A DNA stretch of 62,790 nt, the filler included, from Choristocarpus tenellus KU-1152 (lineage: Eukaryota; Protista; Phaeophyceae), in the NCBI GenBank assembly GCA_964200185.2. It is 11 parts of 11 records of this genome, joined end to end, with 100 filler letters (N's around TTAATTAATTAA, not from the genome) between each part and the next. Parts side by side here need not be neighbours in the genome. Positions count along the whole stretch, not along the records: positions 10,651 to 14,124 come from CAXNAD020019788.1; positions 14,225 to 21,091 come from CAXNAD020007177.1; positions 21,192 to 29,283 come from CAXNAD020005162.1; 8 more parts are not named here. The stretch is one strand, 5' to 3'. The notes below the pieces were generated by a model. The model worked only from the letters and a program-made list of their open reading frames with translations. It searched no databases and had not been told where the DNA came from. Position 1 is the first letter of the stretch. Every line of letters begins with the position of its first letter. The translations under genes and the position numbers were made by a program. Shown piece after piece: positions 11,047 to 24,303 of this stretch.

Positions 11047-12898
11047 GTCACTTGATGAGTGATGAAGATGCAGAGGAAATTGAAAGGGAGAGGTTGAACG
11101 TGAGAAAGGAGAGACTTGCAGCGAGGGAGCAGCAGAGGGAACTGGATAGAGATGAGGTGCGTGATAAGATGTGTAATACATAAAATACTTTAAGCAATTA
11201 ATTGCAGAGGGAGTTTTTTTTTTCACAATAAAAGTAGGTGCGATTGATATTTGATTTTTTGGTAGGACATCAATGTATGTTTCTGCTATTGATATTGGTG
11301 TTCTGTTGTGAAGTTGGTATATATACAGGGCTACTCCTCCCAAGGGGGCAACAAAGTTCAGGAAGGTGGTAGGGAGGGGAAGGGGCAGTTCTCATTAGTG
11401 ACTTTTTATTATGCAAACGCCTCTCTTTGTTTCTTGTGTCTGATTGCCAGATTCCCCTCCGTCTGTACTTTATGATTATGTCCTCTTTTGAATCTTTGAT
11501 TCAATGCTTGTATTTGTTAAGTTAGGGGTTAGTTGGGGCAGTGGAGGAAGGCTTGGGTTACTCATAGCACCTCAGTCTTGTCTCATCTTTGCACCTGATA
11601 TAGGGCAAAGCATGCTTGCTTGTTTGTTCTGGAAATGCACTAATCATGGTTTCATGTTTACTTCCTGCCTTGCTTCCTTACTGACAAAACTGTACGTGTA
11701 TTGCCTATCTCTATTCACACTTTTTTTTGTCATATATAGTTGCTTGTATTTGTTTTAGTATTTGTGAATATATGTGCTTCTTTTCACCAGGCAGCCTCTG
11801 TGAAGGTACACACACTGACACCGACATCAACTCTGCAATTTTTGTTGTTGATGTAATATGTTATCTCCATATCTGCTCTGAAACTGTGTCTGTGCTTGGC
11901 ACCAACCACGTTGTCTACACCAAGAATTCATTTATTGGGGTGTGGGGCTCAATACTGTTACCGTGGACCCAGCAAGAGCTGTCCCTCAACTCCAAGGATG
12001 CTTCAAAGTATTTTTTTTGCCTTTGTTTAATCAAGGATGTTATTCTTGACTTTGTTGGGAACCATGCAGAAAATAGAGGCGTGAATATAGCACATTTAAA
12101 TATTATGTGTGTGTGTGAAGCATGTTACCCAAGAACATCGACGATATATGCGTGTTTTGTATTTGTACAGGGCGTATGACTTAAGACTGATTTTAATGTT
12201 TGTGGTGATTGTTTTCATAGTTGTGAGGGATTTTATCAGTGATGAAAGGGATGTGTATCAATACTCCTTTGTTGCAAAGGGGGAAGGGAAGGAGGGGGAG
12301 GGGGGGGGCTCGGTTTGCAGCAGAAAAAACGAGTTGGCACAAACAACAGCTTCTGTGTAAGCTATGGGCACCCATTCGGAGGCGTTGCTGTTCCTTCCTG
12401 CTTTGTAATTTCAGCACAGCCCTTAGATGCTAGCTGATCTTCTCCCCGAGAACGACAGGATAGTTTCTGTCTGCTACATACTTTTTATTTTCTGTCTACC
12501 TTTTACTTGATCATCTAGCCCTGAACCAGGAAGTGACCCCTTCCGCATCCTCCTGCCCCCTTTTGTACTTCTTTGATTTTTTACCCAGTCTTGATTCTTA
12601 TTTCCCCCACTCCCTTGGACCCTATGCCCCACATCTCCATAAATGGCAGGATGAGGAGCTGATAGATGATGTACTCGATGACATCCCGCTCCCCTCAAAG
12701 AAATCAAGGAAGGAGGGTAGTAGTCTACCTAAACAGCTCTTACCAGTTTTGCCCTTTGATGAGGACAAGTCCGTGATAACCTCACTCAAGGATGGACAAG
12801 ACTTCAGTTACGATGACTCAGATGGCTATGACTACTACGATGCCACCCCGAGTCCTTTTGATGAATCAGACTTTGACAGTCGGGGTGTATTATTCTGA
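11047..12898 (+). CDS. 3' exons of an uncharacterised multi-exon gene
   Basis: AG/GT-bounded exon 11047-11156 (HLMSDEDAEEIERERLNVRKERLAAREQQRELDRDE); small candidate exons between; terminal acidic exon 12650-12898 (DEELIDDVLDD...RGVLF*). Confidence 0.55.
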
Positions 12899-14039
12899 GA
12901 GCAAGCATAGCATGAAGTAGTCTTGCCTTACACTCTATCTCCAAGACCAATGTTATCCCCTCTCATCCACCCTCCCTGTCCCCCCTCCCTTGGAGGAGTT
13001 TCCAAGTTCATTATTGTATATCAGTACCTCATGTCAGTGGCTTTTGTTGCCTATGATGCAAGCCCTGCTCAGCTACGTGCATACGTTGTATGTACCCCCA
13101 CCTGTACAATTTCAATCCTGCCCATCCTGGGAGGCCTGGTTCCATTCATTCTCTGTGATGGTGGAAACTGTTGGCATAGTATTGGTCCCTTTGTGAACAC
13201 ACACAATAACAATACATTGTGGTGCAACATGGTCTAGTAGGGGTTGGGGAGGTGTGGTGATAGCAAAGTCAAGGATCACACTCTTGGTTGTGGTGTCGTT
13301 GGTCTGGAAGTGTGTATTGTGTGTGATGCCTTGTGAAAGGGGAGGAGGTCAGGTGGATTAGATCATGGTACAGAAGGGACCCAATTGAGGGACATGTTCA
13401 TGGGGCCAGAGTGTACTGTTCCACTCATGGAGAATAGACTGGTGACCGTGACCTAAGGTGACTGTTGTACACCAGCCTGACCTAAGGATTTACTCCTGTT
13501 GTAGTGCTGTACTTCTGTGGAGACCTTTTGATGGCATCATTATGCACTTTTTCAATAATAGAGTATTGTACTGCGGAAGAGCGAGCCCTGTTTGTCAATG
13601 GGAACAAGATCGTGCTTCAAGATAGCCTTTTGTTCGGTCTTGTTGATGTCTGAACATGTGTGTGACGGGTTGAACACAACAGGTGACAGAAAGACCACTA
13701 TAGTTTTTCAACTCTAATGTATGTACACTTAGCATAGAGAGAGGGTATTGGTATGCAAGCATACACATTTTGCTACGATAAAAATATATTGTTTTACAGA
13801 GCGCATAACTTCTTGTACACTTTCTGCCCACGAGTATGTTCCGAGCTGTGCTGGAGGCTAATCTGAGCCTTACCCATTGGAGAAGAAATATCTCATATCA
13901 GAAAGGTTTTGCCAGTGTCCAGTCCCTGTTTCGGGTACATGCATACAGTAAGGACTTGCCGCACATAACTACCAAAGATATCAGGTGGTAGGTCAGCAGT
14001 CAAGATTCTTGATGGATGATGGCGAGGAAGGGTGTTCAA

Positions 14040-14124
14040 GGGTCAAAGTATCTTGGGGGGGGGGGGGGGGTTGGGGGGGGGGGTGGGAGAGGGTCGGGGG
14101 GGGGAAGGGGGGAGATTTAGGGGG
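14040..14124. mobile_element. MITE family C end at contig break
   Basis: GGGTCAAAGTATCTTGGGG then a G-run into the gap. Confidence 0.7.
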
Positions 14125-15269
14125 NNNNNNNNNNNNNNNNNNNNNNNNNNNNNNNNNNNNNNNNNNNNTTAATTAATTAANNNNNNNNNNNNNNNNNNNN
14201 NNNNNNNNNNNNNNNNNNNNNNNNGTTGGATTTGAGTTGTACATCCTGGAAGGTGAGCATTGAGGGGCGCCTGTAACAGATCACACTGACTATAGCGGAT
14301 GTATGTTTTCAGTACTGGTAGGGCCAAAAGGAAAATTCTCGATCCAGATTATATGCAGTTGGTCGTTTTCCTTAGTAGCATTTGGAGGAAGGTGGGTGCA
14401 TGGGAGGAAGCTAAGCAGGCAGCTGCCACCCGAAGACTAGAGAAATCCGGTCACAGCAACAGCAGCTGATACTTTCTCTACAACTGGAATAAATCTGTAG
14501 TCCAGAAGTGCTACAAACGCTCCAGGCAGCCCACCTTGATGGGATATGCAGTTCCAATCCACAAGCCCGTAGACTGATACTGAGACTCAAGGACGACCCC
14601 TGCGATGTGCCGATAGCCAGACATCCAACGAAAATGGATGGTTATCAGATTGTTGGGAAAATATATAGTAGATATTCTCAAGTTAATCACAGATATAAAA
14701 GATGGGTAGGAGAACCACGACTGTAATATGAAAAGTAGAGTTTTCAGAAGTCGCAATACGACTGAAAATTGTTTCTTGTTGTCAAGTTACAGATTTACAG
14801 TGTATTTAGAGGGAGTGGAACATTCCCCTTCTGGCTGTCCGCATGCATACTTACTGCTCACGATAGTTCGAGCGCGAGAAGCAATACACACCCTAATCGT
14901 CGGGAACAGAATATTACCCTTTGTATCAACAGTTGTTTGTTCCTGTGTTACGCATTTCCCGTCAAGCTGTTAAGTTGTAGACAATGCAGATCTGTGTTGG
15001 TTGTGGTGGATGTCTTTGCTCTCCTGCACTGTATGTATATACCTCCTCTCCTTCTATGATATCTCAAGAATGCCATGACTATCTATGTAACATTATCATA
15101 GAAGTGTAATGAAAACACCATGAATCCATCTTCACTTTTCACAGTCAATTCCTCTGACACATTGTCTAGCTGAAGCAGAATTTACTATAGAGCATGGTAC
15201 CAAGCCTGTTGACAGAAATCCGTACAAAGCAAGCAAGAAGTGTTTGACTCGTGTGTTAACACTCTGGAG

Positions 15270-15505
15270 GAGAAATGCATTATTGAGTGCCAGCCCTTGG
15301 GGTAGTCCTGTTGCCATTGTAGCCAAATCTGATGGTGCTCCACGTTTCTGTGTAGTAGACTGCCGTTCAACTATTAACGAGCACGTTGTTCGACAGACTT
15401 GGCTCACACCTGATATAGAGTTTCATATTGATACCGTGGGTGGTGCCAAATTCATCACCGTTCATGATATTCAAATTACGTATTGGCAAATTCCAGTTGC
15501 TGAAT
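15270..15505 (+). mobile_element. Ty3/Gypsy reverse transcriptase fragment, followed by a family-A MITE fragment (~15505-15570)
   Basis: SASPWGSPVAIVAKSDGAPRFCVVDCR...INE...GAKFITVHDIQITYWQIPV. Confidence 0.85.
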
Positions 15506-15699
15506 GCTGTGATTTTGATATAATTTTGTCCATTGTGTTTGTTAGGAAGTGTCAATATCCTTGTTCCGGACTAATATTGAATTATCTATTACTCTCCGAG
15601 GCAGGTTGAGATTGTGTATGGGATTTAACAGTTCCACTCAAATTGTTGTTGTCAGATGAAGGATGCTCTTCTTCACTACTTACTAATACATCGATTTGA

Positions 15700-16250
15700 T
15701 CTGTGGTAGACAAACTCCTGCAGTGCGTACACATGAGATTTTACTTGGACTTTCTCAGCACAAACTCACAGTCACAGCACAGGGCAGCAATGCTCCGCCT
15801 GATCTTCTCCGGATCACCCCAAAAGGACTCCCACACACACCCTTTGCATATGGTGAATGGTGAATGCCTATCACAACCCAGTTGCCCGACCTCCCTCTAG
15901 AGGGATAGTACACAAGATATATAGGAGGTGCATGGGCGGTGGTGCTGCAGGGTAAACGGAGCATATTAGGCTCACTGCAACACTTGGGTCATCTCATTGG
16001 TACAAATGTCAATCTCCATGCCTGCCCCCTGCCTCCTGGATTTTATTTACTATACTAGTACTATTTTTTGTTGTCAGGGACTGGTTCCCTTTGAGATCTC
16101 CTGGACATTGACGTCACAGGCTGTGTTCGGACATACTTGTTATGTGGACAGATTTTTCCCGTTGTGGCCAGACAAAGTGATGAAGTGCATGTCAGACGCA
16201 CGAGTGACTTGTGATGATCCGGACATGATCTGTGGTGTCCACTAGCAAGT
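15700..16250 (-). mobile_element. Possible PIF/Harbinger transposase remnant
   Basis: AFTIHHMQRVCV...FGVI loosely resembles the FN..HS..R..VE..FG.LK motif; heavily decayed. Confidence 0.3.
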
Positions 16251-16542
16251 GCGGGACTTGCATTCTGTTGAGTGGGCACCGTCAATTGCAGTTAGGTACT
16301 GGGGAACATGCCACTCTCAAATTCTTAACCTCACTCAACCTGCCTCAGGACCCCTCTCTCGCTTCTTTCCCGAAACTCGTCTCTGGCAGTTCCCACTACC
16401 CCCCATCGTACAGAACTTGGTCATTCACAATGGTGTTCAAATGAGGCACGAACCCAGGACCTCGGGTACATCATTGCAGTTAGTATTATTATTTTTGTTG
16501 ATCTTGGCATCACTTTCAACGGTACTGGTATGTCGACACAGC

Positions 16543-16959
16543 TCAGGCCACACTATCACCATGAGTATTCACCTCTATCATATCATCATCCCTCTCGCCC
16601 TCCCCCTCACCTACCCCCTCCTCTCTTTTTGAAGACTCTCCTGAAGACCTTTCCTCTATGAATGCCAGTCCTCTCTCCTGAGCATCAGTACTACTACTAC
16701 TGCAACTCCCCACTGTTTGAACCGGAAGTATTTGTGGGAGCTTAAGGCCGAGACTTTTCATTATCTCTCTCTCTCGTTTTGCCTTCGCCTTTGCCAACCT
16801 CTCCTCAGCGACAACCTTTCTGCGTTCAGACTTGACCCTCTCTTCCTCACATTGAGCCTTCCAAAGGAGATCACGGCATCTGCGATAATTTGTACACAAT
16901 AAGGGGGTCCGTCCCCGCGCATCAATAGCATGCAGATCTGCGTTGTGGTTGAGCAGCAT
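16543..16959 (-). CDS. Terminal exon of an ankyrin-repeat protein with a charged coiled-coil tail
   Basis: CAG acceptor then MLLNHNADLHAIDARGRTPL (ankyrin consensus), E/R/K-rich helix, stop at 16543. Confidence 0.7.
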   Translation of the reverse strand: MLLNHNADLHAIDARGRTPLLCTNYRRCRDLLWKAQCEEERVKSERRKVVAEERLAKAKAKREREIMKSLGLKLPQILPVQTVGSCSSSSTDAQERGLAFIEERSSGESSKREEGVGEGEGERDDDMIEVNTHGDSVA

Positions 16960-17384
16960 CTGGTGGGTTGGGGCGATGGCAATAGGGTAACAGTAAGGTC
17001 CAATTTGTTGTTTTGGAAGGTTTTATTCAGGTGGGTGTGGTGAGATACATATGATGAAAATGTATGGTTTGAGGAATGAAGTATGAAGGTAAATGTTTAC
17101 CTTCTAGCTCGTCTGTTCATATTCGCATCAGCACACAGGAAGATCAAAGAGGAGCCCTGCATGAGCCATTTGAGCTTTGTCATCGGTTGTTTCTTGTTCA
17201 CCAAGCTTGTGACGAACAATACCATAGTGAAAACTACTCCCAACTTGTTGCCCCACTGGTATAAAGCGAGGTTTGTGTGTGTGTATGAAGTCAATGGTCC
17301 GGAGTACTTGGGCAGCAGTCAGACAGCAGTGCAGAGTACTTAATTAAGAACACCAAACCAGTGATAACCTCTCTCTTTGGCGGT

Positions 17385-17875
17385 GAGCCAAAGTATCTTA
17401 GAGGGTAGAGCCGTGTCCATTTGGGGATCAAATCTGATATTGCGATTTTGACATAATTTTGACTGTTGTGTTTGTTAGGAAGTGTCAATACCCATGTTCT
17501 GGACACACCTTTTCATAACATACACATTTTACCTACTCCGAAATATTTCGGAGTAGGTAAAATATCATGAAAACACCAGGGGAAGTCAAGCCCCAAATGG
17601 ACAAAAAGGGCAAAAATCGTACCCTCTAAGATACTTTCACTCAGGATAGGAGTTTTGCACTGTTTGTCCTTTCGGGGCTTGGCTTCCCAATGCCCCTTTT
17701 CGGTTTTTGAAACATTTTGGAGTAGGAAAATAAGGATACGACTATAGCGGGTGTGTCTGGAGTAGGGATATTGACACTTCCTAGCAAACGCGATAGCCAA
17801 AATTACATCCAAATTGCAACATTGGATTTTGAACCCCAAACGGACGCGACCCTACCCTCTTAAATGCTTTGACTC
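17385..17875. mobile_element. Two family-A MITEs fused in inverted orientation (17385-17642 +, 17643-17875 -)
   Basis: Full copy directly followed by an inverted copy missing the outer part of its first TIR; outer flanks CGGT / AGGT. Confidence 0.88.
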
Positions 17876-18279
17876 AGGTATCAGGGCAACATCCCTCTCG
17901 TGAGCAGCATGCCCCCACTGTGGCCTGTGACTGTGTTTTGTAAAACTAAGACCAGAGAACAACATTTTTTCCATGGCTGTCTAAAAATTGAAGCAAGGAA
18001 GAGATGGTAACTATGTGGTGCCTCCAAATATAACTATCACTTGAGTCTCTTCAAACTTCCCTACTAAAGTTTGTGTCATTGGATTTTGCGATACTGACAA
18101 GGTAATTTTTATGCATGAGAATATCTCCAAGCCCTCTGCTACTTCTTCAAAAGGTGAGTTTCTTACATTAATTTTTTTCGTTTGGTTCAACTCTCAGAAG
18201 TACAAATCCTTATATCTCAACACACCTGAAGCCCTGACACACGTGCATAGGTTAAAGTAAACAACTTCTAATGTGCCTT

Positions 18280-19300
18280 ACCAGGATGTTGCCATGCTGT
18301 TCGCTGTATCTCCAATAAAGAATGGAAGGTAGAGATTTTTTGTTAGTAACGAAACCCTTTCAACTATAACAGCCTCAAAATTTAACATCCAGTGCCCTCT
18401 ATAAAATAGTTCAAAGCAGAGTGCTCTCACTGGGGTGTGAACTTTGTTCATGGTGTGCACTCGATTTGTATAATCTCTTTAGGATCATTCAATACCCTAT
18501 ACCCACCATGGTCAACAACCGGCAAGGGTAGCCAATCCTCCTCCTTTCCCCTTTCCATTCATGTTCCCTGAAGGCATAACAACAATTCTCACTGAAATTG
18601 TGGGCATGCAAGAAGTACCTTGTCCATAATTTTGCCGTGGGCTTCAGCATCCAATGCTTGCCAATTGATGCACGACTTGGATCCTTCTTTCGGATCCCCT
18701 CCTTGAGTGGGAAGGGCAAATGCTGATGCATGGTGAGGAAAAGGAGAAGCACCCAGGCAGAGGGCTCTTCCCCACCTGTGGCACGGACATAGGCTCTTGA
18801 TGGTCAAAGGACCTAAGAAAGACTGACATGATGAAGGGGTGGAGGAGGTGGGGTGGGGCAAAAGGTAGGGGAATGGAGATGGTGGTGCAATGGATTGATG
18901 ATCCTCCACATGAACATTCATAGAACTTTCAAACATCCACCTACTGTATGTAATCATGCGGATACCAATGCTATCATGCAAGCGGCACTACTGTGCATCA
19001 GTACCCTTGTCAGAATTGACAAGGTTATTCCCCAGCAACTCCACGGGCTTTGTGGTTTAGCAATGTGTAGGCATTGACACCCCATTCCATCTGGGGTCAA
19101 ATTTTCTGTCCTGACGATGTATACCTAGCGAAGACAAGATGCATTGGGAGGGGGGGGGAGGATGCTCAGGGGTGAAAGTAACAATTTGCTTGATGTGAAA
19201 CAAAGGCTCTTCTTGTGTTGGTGTCGAGGGTATCTTGTTGTGCAATGTCGCTTACCCCCTCATTTCTCACTCAATTTGATTTGTAGGAATGAGACGATTT
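18280..19300 (-). mobile_element. Probable degenerate PIF/Harbinger (DDE_Tnp_4-like) transposase
   Basis: ALDAEAH (cf. GAIDGTH), YF...CYAF, PFFIGDTAN (cf. GD.AY), with many stops and frameshifts. Confidence 0.4.
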
Positions 19301-19626
19301 GTACCTCTTCTTACTGGTTTGTCGTTGAGTTAGGGGTGGGACCAAGCATCCAATTAGTGTGGACTTAGGGTTAGTATCACGAAGGATTGAAATGCACTTG
19401 TTGCCTTTGTTTCCCTTCCTGTGAATCTATGTAGGATGGGTCGAACTCGTGCCCAGTCATGACATGGTCTTGGATGATTGCTCAACACACACACACACAC
19501 ATACATGTAGATCAGGTTGCATATAGCCCATATCCCTGACATATACATTTCCTGTTACTTCTAGATGTTTATACCAAGTACGCAGTTGCTCATTGTTTTC
19601 ACCCTGACTCGAAGCTGAGACGCATT

Positions 19627-19801
19627 GACCCAAAGTATTTGGGGGGGGGAATCTACACCAGGGTGTCCATTTGGACCAAAATCAGGAAAATTGCATGTAC
19701 GTTATTCATCCAACGTATGCAACCAAATCATCCCAAAATCGCGACATCAAAAAATTGCCCCCAAATGGACAGCCGCCCCCCCCCCCCAGATACTTTGAGC
19801 C
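19627..19801. mobile_element. MITE family B (~175 bp), full copy
   Basis: GACCCAAAGTATTTGGGG...CCCCAGATACTTTGAGCC; interior matches 20903, 56504 and 60290 copies; shares GTCCATTTGG and AAAATCGC motifs with family A. Confidence 0.85.
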
Positions 19802-19980
19802 ATTTTTCAGCCATAATTTGCAACAATCTCTTGTGCTTGATACAATTCACTTACCCCCTGCATTCCCGCAGGATGTTCCAAAATCACAATAAAGAACTCT
19901 GAACGGATGTTGAGGTGATGGGGGAGGTGGTAGGAGGGTGGCTGTAAAATCTGTTGACAAATTGTGACATATTGGGTTTT

Positions 19981-20121
19981 CTTTAAGTCGTGTTCCCTAA
20001 CCCTAAATATTGTCTATGGTCAACTTTGATAAGGTTGCTCATATCTAAAGTATAACAAGCTTTAAGTCATGTTCCCAACCTCTAAATCTTGTCTATGGTC
20101 AACTTTGATAAGGTTGCTCAT
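19981..20121. repeat. Tandem duplication, ~79-bp period
   Basis: CTTTAAGTC...TGTCTATGGTCAACTTTGATAAGGTTGCTCAT occurs twice. Confidence 0.85.
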
Positions 20122-20129
20122 GTATGTCT

Positions 20130-20387
20130 GAGTCAAGGTATCTTAGTGGGTATAGCCGCGTCCATTTGGGGGACAATATCCAATGTTTATTTTGATGTAA
20201 TTTCGGCAATCGTGTTTGTTAGGAGATGTCAATATCCTTGTTCTGGACACACCTTTTCATAACGTTTACATTTTACCTACTCCAATTTTTTTTTGGAGTA
20301 GGTAAAATATCATTAAAAACCTGTGGGAAGCCAAGACACAAATGGACAAGCAGGGAAAAACTCGTACCCTCTAAGATACTTTCACTC
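20130..20387 (+). mobile_element. MITE family A, full copy
   Basis: GAGTCAAGGTATCTTAG...TAAGATACTTTCACTC, flanks GTCT / ATCT (4-bp TSD, one mismatch). Confidence 0.9.
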
Positions 20388-20902
20388 ATCTACCCTCTTA
20401 TAACTATCTCAAGTAGAACAAGGGTACAATGCACACCCCCACAGCGACAGGGAAAATTAGTCTCCCAGCTTGCCGACCCTGCTGTTGTTTGAGGCACCTT
20501 GTCATTCTCTTTTTCCGATTGTTGCTGAGAAATGATTTCCATCCCTGTTGAAGGTTTCCCAACATCTTCAGCTCCTTGGAGTATGCCGCCCTTGTCCTCT
20601 TAGCTCTAAACATGCGCTGTATTGTGATGTACCAATGGGGAGCGTTGGAGTGTGTAGTGACTGTGGAATACAAAAATGCAATCCACATTGCTCCAAGTAG
20701 GCCAAATCCAATGCCTCTTCTTCTTCAGAATTTCGAGTATATTCATTTTGGTGGAGCAGTACTCGAACAACGGCAAGAAGTAGACAAAGTTCAAACAGTA
20801 AAGGCGTCCAACCTAAATTAATCGACTGAAAAAGAGGCTATTTGAATTTTGTTCCTTTCAATTTAGCCTTGTAGTAATCAATCACTCTACGGTTAGACTT
20901 TT

Positions 20903-21075
20903 GACCCAAAGTATCTTGGGGGGGGGGGAGGTCTACACCAGGGGTGTCCATTTGGTACAAGATCAGGAAAAGTGCATTTATATTATCCATCCAACGTATG
21001 CAACCGAATCACCCAAAAATCGCGACACGAAAAAATTGACCCCAAATGGACAGCCGCCACCCCCCCCCCCCCCAA
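20903..21075. mobile_element. MITE family B at contig end
   Basis: GACCCAAAGTATCTTGGGG...CCAAATGGACAGCCGCCACCCC. Confidence 0.85.
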
Positions 21076-21231
21076 ACCGGCAACTAAAGACNNNNNNNNN
21101 NNNNNNNNNNNNNNNNNNNNNNNNNNNNNNNNNNNTTAATTAATTAANNNNNNNNNNNNNNNNNNNNNNNNNNNNNNNNNNNNNNNNNNNNAACAAACCA
21201 TTAAAGGGTTGTACCTTTTTTTTTTTTTTTT

Positions 21232-21279
<48 letters not shown>

Positions 21280-21469
21280 GGATCCAGAGATCAAGGTAGC
21301 AAGGCTTTTCAGTGAGGAGATTCCAGGATAAGGTTCATCCTAACCCTAACCCTAACCCACCATGGAAAACAGTGCAACCTCTGAACTGGTTCTCCCACAC
21401 ATTCCTAATCTCAAAAATCAGTGGATTTAGTGTACCATACTACAAAAAATCTCAAAATATCATGGGCAA

Positions 21470-21905
21470 ATGTACAATTACGTACCGTATCATTCCGTTT
21501 TGTACCATGTTGTACCGTGCTGTACCATGTTATATCATTTCATATCGGGTTGTACCGTGCTGTACCGTGTATTGTTTTTTTCGTATCGTGTTGTACCATG
21601 TTACACCTTTTCATATCGTGTTGTACCATGTTATACCGTTTTGTATCGTGTTGTACCATGTTGTACCGTGCTTACCATGTTATACCGTTTCGTGTCGTGT
21701 TGTATCATGCTGTACCGTGTCATACCGTTTTGTACCGTTTTGTAATAGAAGCACGACCTTTTAACCAAATCTCTAGTAATTCGACAATATGTGTAAAGAA
21801 TGAAGTTCTGATGGTTTGTTGGAAGGTACAGTATTCTTTGATAGTAGGTTAGTTTCGTACCGTTTTGTGACGTATCATACCGTTTTGTAACGTATCATAC
21901 CGTCG
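21470..21905. repeat. 10-bp-period minisatellite (TGTACCATGT / TGTACCGTGT / TACCGTTT variants)
   Basis: Degenerate decamer array ~21480-21745, resuming ~21855-21905; explains the spurious overlapping ORFs there. Confidence 0.9.
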
Positions 21906-24115
21906 GTTTGAAAAAAAAATACTGCAACTGCACCAGTTTATATATTTTCACTGTAGAGTCTTACCGCAATGTACTTGCAGCTATTTTTCTGTTTTAAAAC
22001 TACCATTACCATATACCTTACAACGTATTCAAGTGTGGGGCAGCACTGTAAAATAAAGTTTGGTGCCTTGAAAATACCACCATCACCACACACCAAGGCA
22101 TACAATCACCACCAAGAAAAAGTCATCAAAAGAACTGCTGCGCCCTTGTCAAGACAGGCAAAAAAATGTCCGTAAGACCCTTTTTCGAGCATGAGACTGA
22201 ATAACATCCCCCCCCAAAAAAGGTGAGACCTGATGGACCTGCGTGTGAGCGCAGTTCAGGATCGACTTTGCTCAACCAAAGTTGACAGTGTCTACCCCCA
22301 TTTAGGCAGGTAACTACCCCATACTTTTTCCCAGAGCACCCTATGTCACACCCTACAGATTGCTCTGCATACATCATGCAAAAAAATTAACTGCCCAGTT
22401 CAAAGGTGTGTTCTCTTTGTGTATTGCACTATAGAGCAACAGGTTTTGGGATGCTCAAATAAATGAAAAATAGTAAAGGAGGGTGGCAGAGGCTTGTGAG
22501 TGTAGACAGGTCGTCGATGCCAATACAATCACTGAGCATCACGAGACTTTCTCACACAACATGTGACTCTTAGCAGAGTGAGGCAATTCTCCCTTGCACA
22601 AAGCAACCAAAGCACCCCCACCTCTCCCTGTATCGCTAATATTTTACAACAAGAAGAGAAATAGCTTGAATAATAATAGAAACAATGGCAACATTAATGG
22701 TGAAAATAATGACGGTAGTATTAATAGTAACAACAATCCAAAATGGCATCCACCTGGAGATACACAAGTAGCACCTTCCACCCACTAGAGAGTCAGAGTT
22801 AAGGTCGCAGTGTAAACCTAACCCCAACCCTAACCCTAACCCTAACCCAACTCTACATGCATGTACTACTTTAATAAGGCGTCTCTGGCACCAATTGTTA
22901 CGTGCTCTAAAACGGGTGTTAGAAAAATATATTCTTTTGGTCAGCAAATCGCTTCTCCACCAGGTGCACTCTTCTTTTCAAGCCTCCAGAGTCCAGCCTA
23001 GGGCTCAACATCATAGGAGGATCTCACCAAGTAGAAAGGGTATGCAGGTTTCATGAACTTTTGCACCTTGGAAGCAGCAGGGCGACAAACTTCGATATTC
23101 AAAATTAGAACCGCGATGTGCTTATTTGATCGACTCAATCTGCCTGACCCCTTGGTGTATGAATAGATGCACCTGCTGTCTGTAGTGTTGGGAATTGAAA
23201 AGATCTCCGAGCATTACCTAAAATTAAAAACCAGCTCAAAAAATATTCATCAATGTACCACATTGAATTGAGGAGGGTAAAGCACCAACAACCATTGTGA
23301 GGTGGCTGTGAGGAAGATGAAAACAAATCAGCACAGGGTGTACTTGTGACAAAATGTTTCGATTACAATTTGAAATGTTTCGATCTAGATTTCGAGTAAG
23401 ATCTCAGATGAGTTGTTCCTCGAAGATATTGACTGGTTTTGAGAATACTTCAATAAACAAATAGACTCATTTGAAGCGATGAGGCTCAGAACAGTAGACA
23501 CAACCATCAGTCTCCTAAGACACTCACAGGGTAAAAAAAATTCAGTTGGAGGATAAACAGTCGCAGGACGGTGAACCTTGGACAAAGGCCAAACCTCATG
23601 TGTCAGGGTATCTGAACGCTCTAGTTTCAGAAAGGATGCGATTGGAAACGATGTAAGGATTATGTACAGTGCACCTGCCTGACACTTAAATGAACTCTGG
23701 CATATACTGCCATTTAATATTTGTAGGAGCCGTTCATCAAGATGGCGCTTGTGTCGATGCGGATCAGTTCAAATATTAGGGTTGGGGTTCGAATGAATGT
23801 TCCTCTAGGACAAATCCCACTAACATACGAGAAGAGAGATACGAAGCATCTGGAGCAAATGGTGGGTTACCTTAATGTCGCGGAGACAGAGAAAAGAAGT
23901 GATGAGGGGGCGTAAACCGTCAACAGGTGGGGAGATGACCCATGGGTGGATGAAGATTCGATACTCCTACCTCTGAAGCACCTGAAAAGAGACAGTAATC
24001 GAACCTGCCTGTTGTAGTGATACAAACCCCCGGCTATCGTACATAGACCCAGTGCCCAATGAACATACTGATTGCGTCAACTTCACGACTAGATCTCCTG
24101 ACCAACTGCTCTTAC

Positions 24116-24303
24116 CTTGCCAGGTTCGCCGCTGTCTCTCCCAGCAGCATGATGCTCCACGCGTCAGCTCTGAGAGAACCCAGAGAATCCCCCCTGCTGC
24201 AGGCCAACGGAGACATGGGTGCACTCAGGAGGGTCCGTATCTCCGTGATGTCGGCCTCAACGAGGTCTGACTTCTTCACTAGATCTCGGAGCTTTTCAGC
24301 CAT
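24116..24303 (-). CDS. First exon of a gene, possibly a TBC/Rab-GAP domain protein
   Basis: MAEKLRDLVKKSDLVEADITEIRTLL...SLRADAWSIMLLG resembles the TBC LR..VW..LLG motif; AG|GTAAGA donor; downstream exons not resolved. Confidence 0.5.

Noticed and set aside
21312-21852. Three overlapping C/V/Y-rich ORFs
   Set aside because: Products of the 10-bp minisatellite
22815-22850. (CCCTAA)n as a chromosome end
   Set aside because: Only a few imperfect units, internal to a contig, and similar tracts occur throughout
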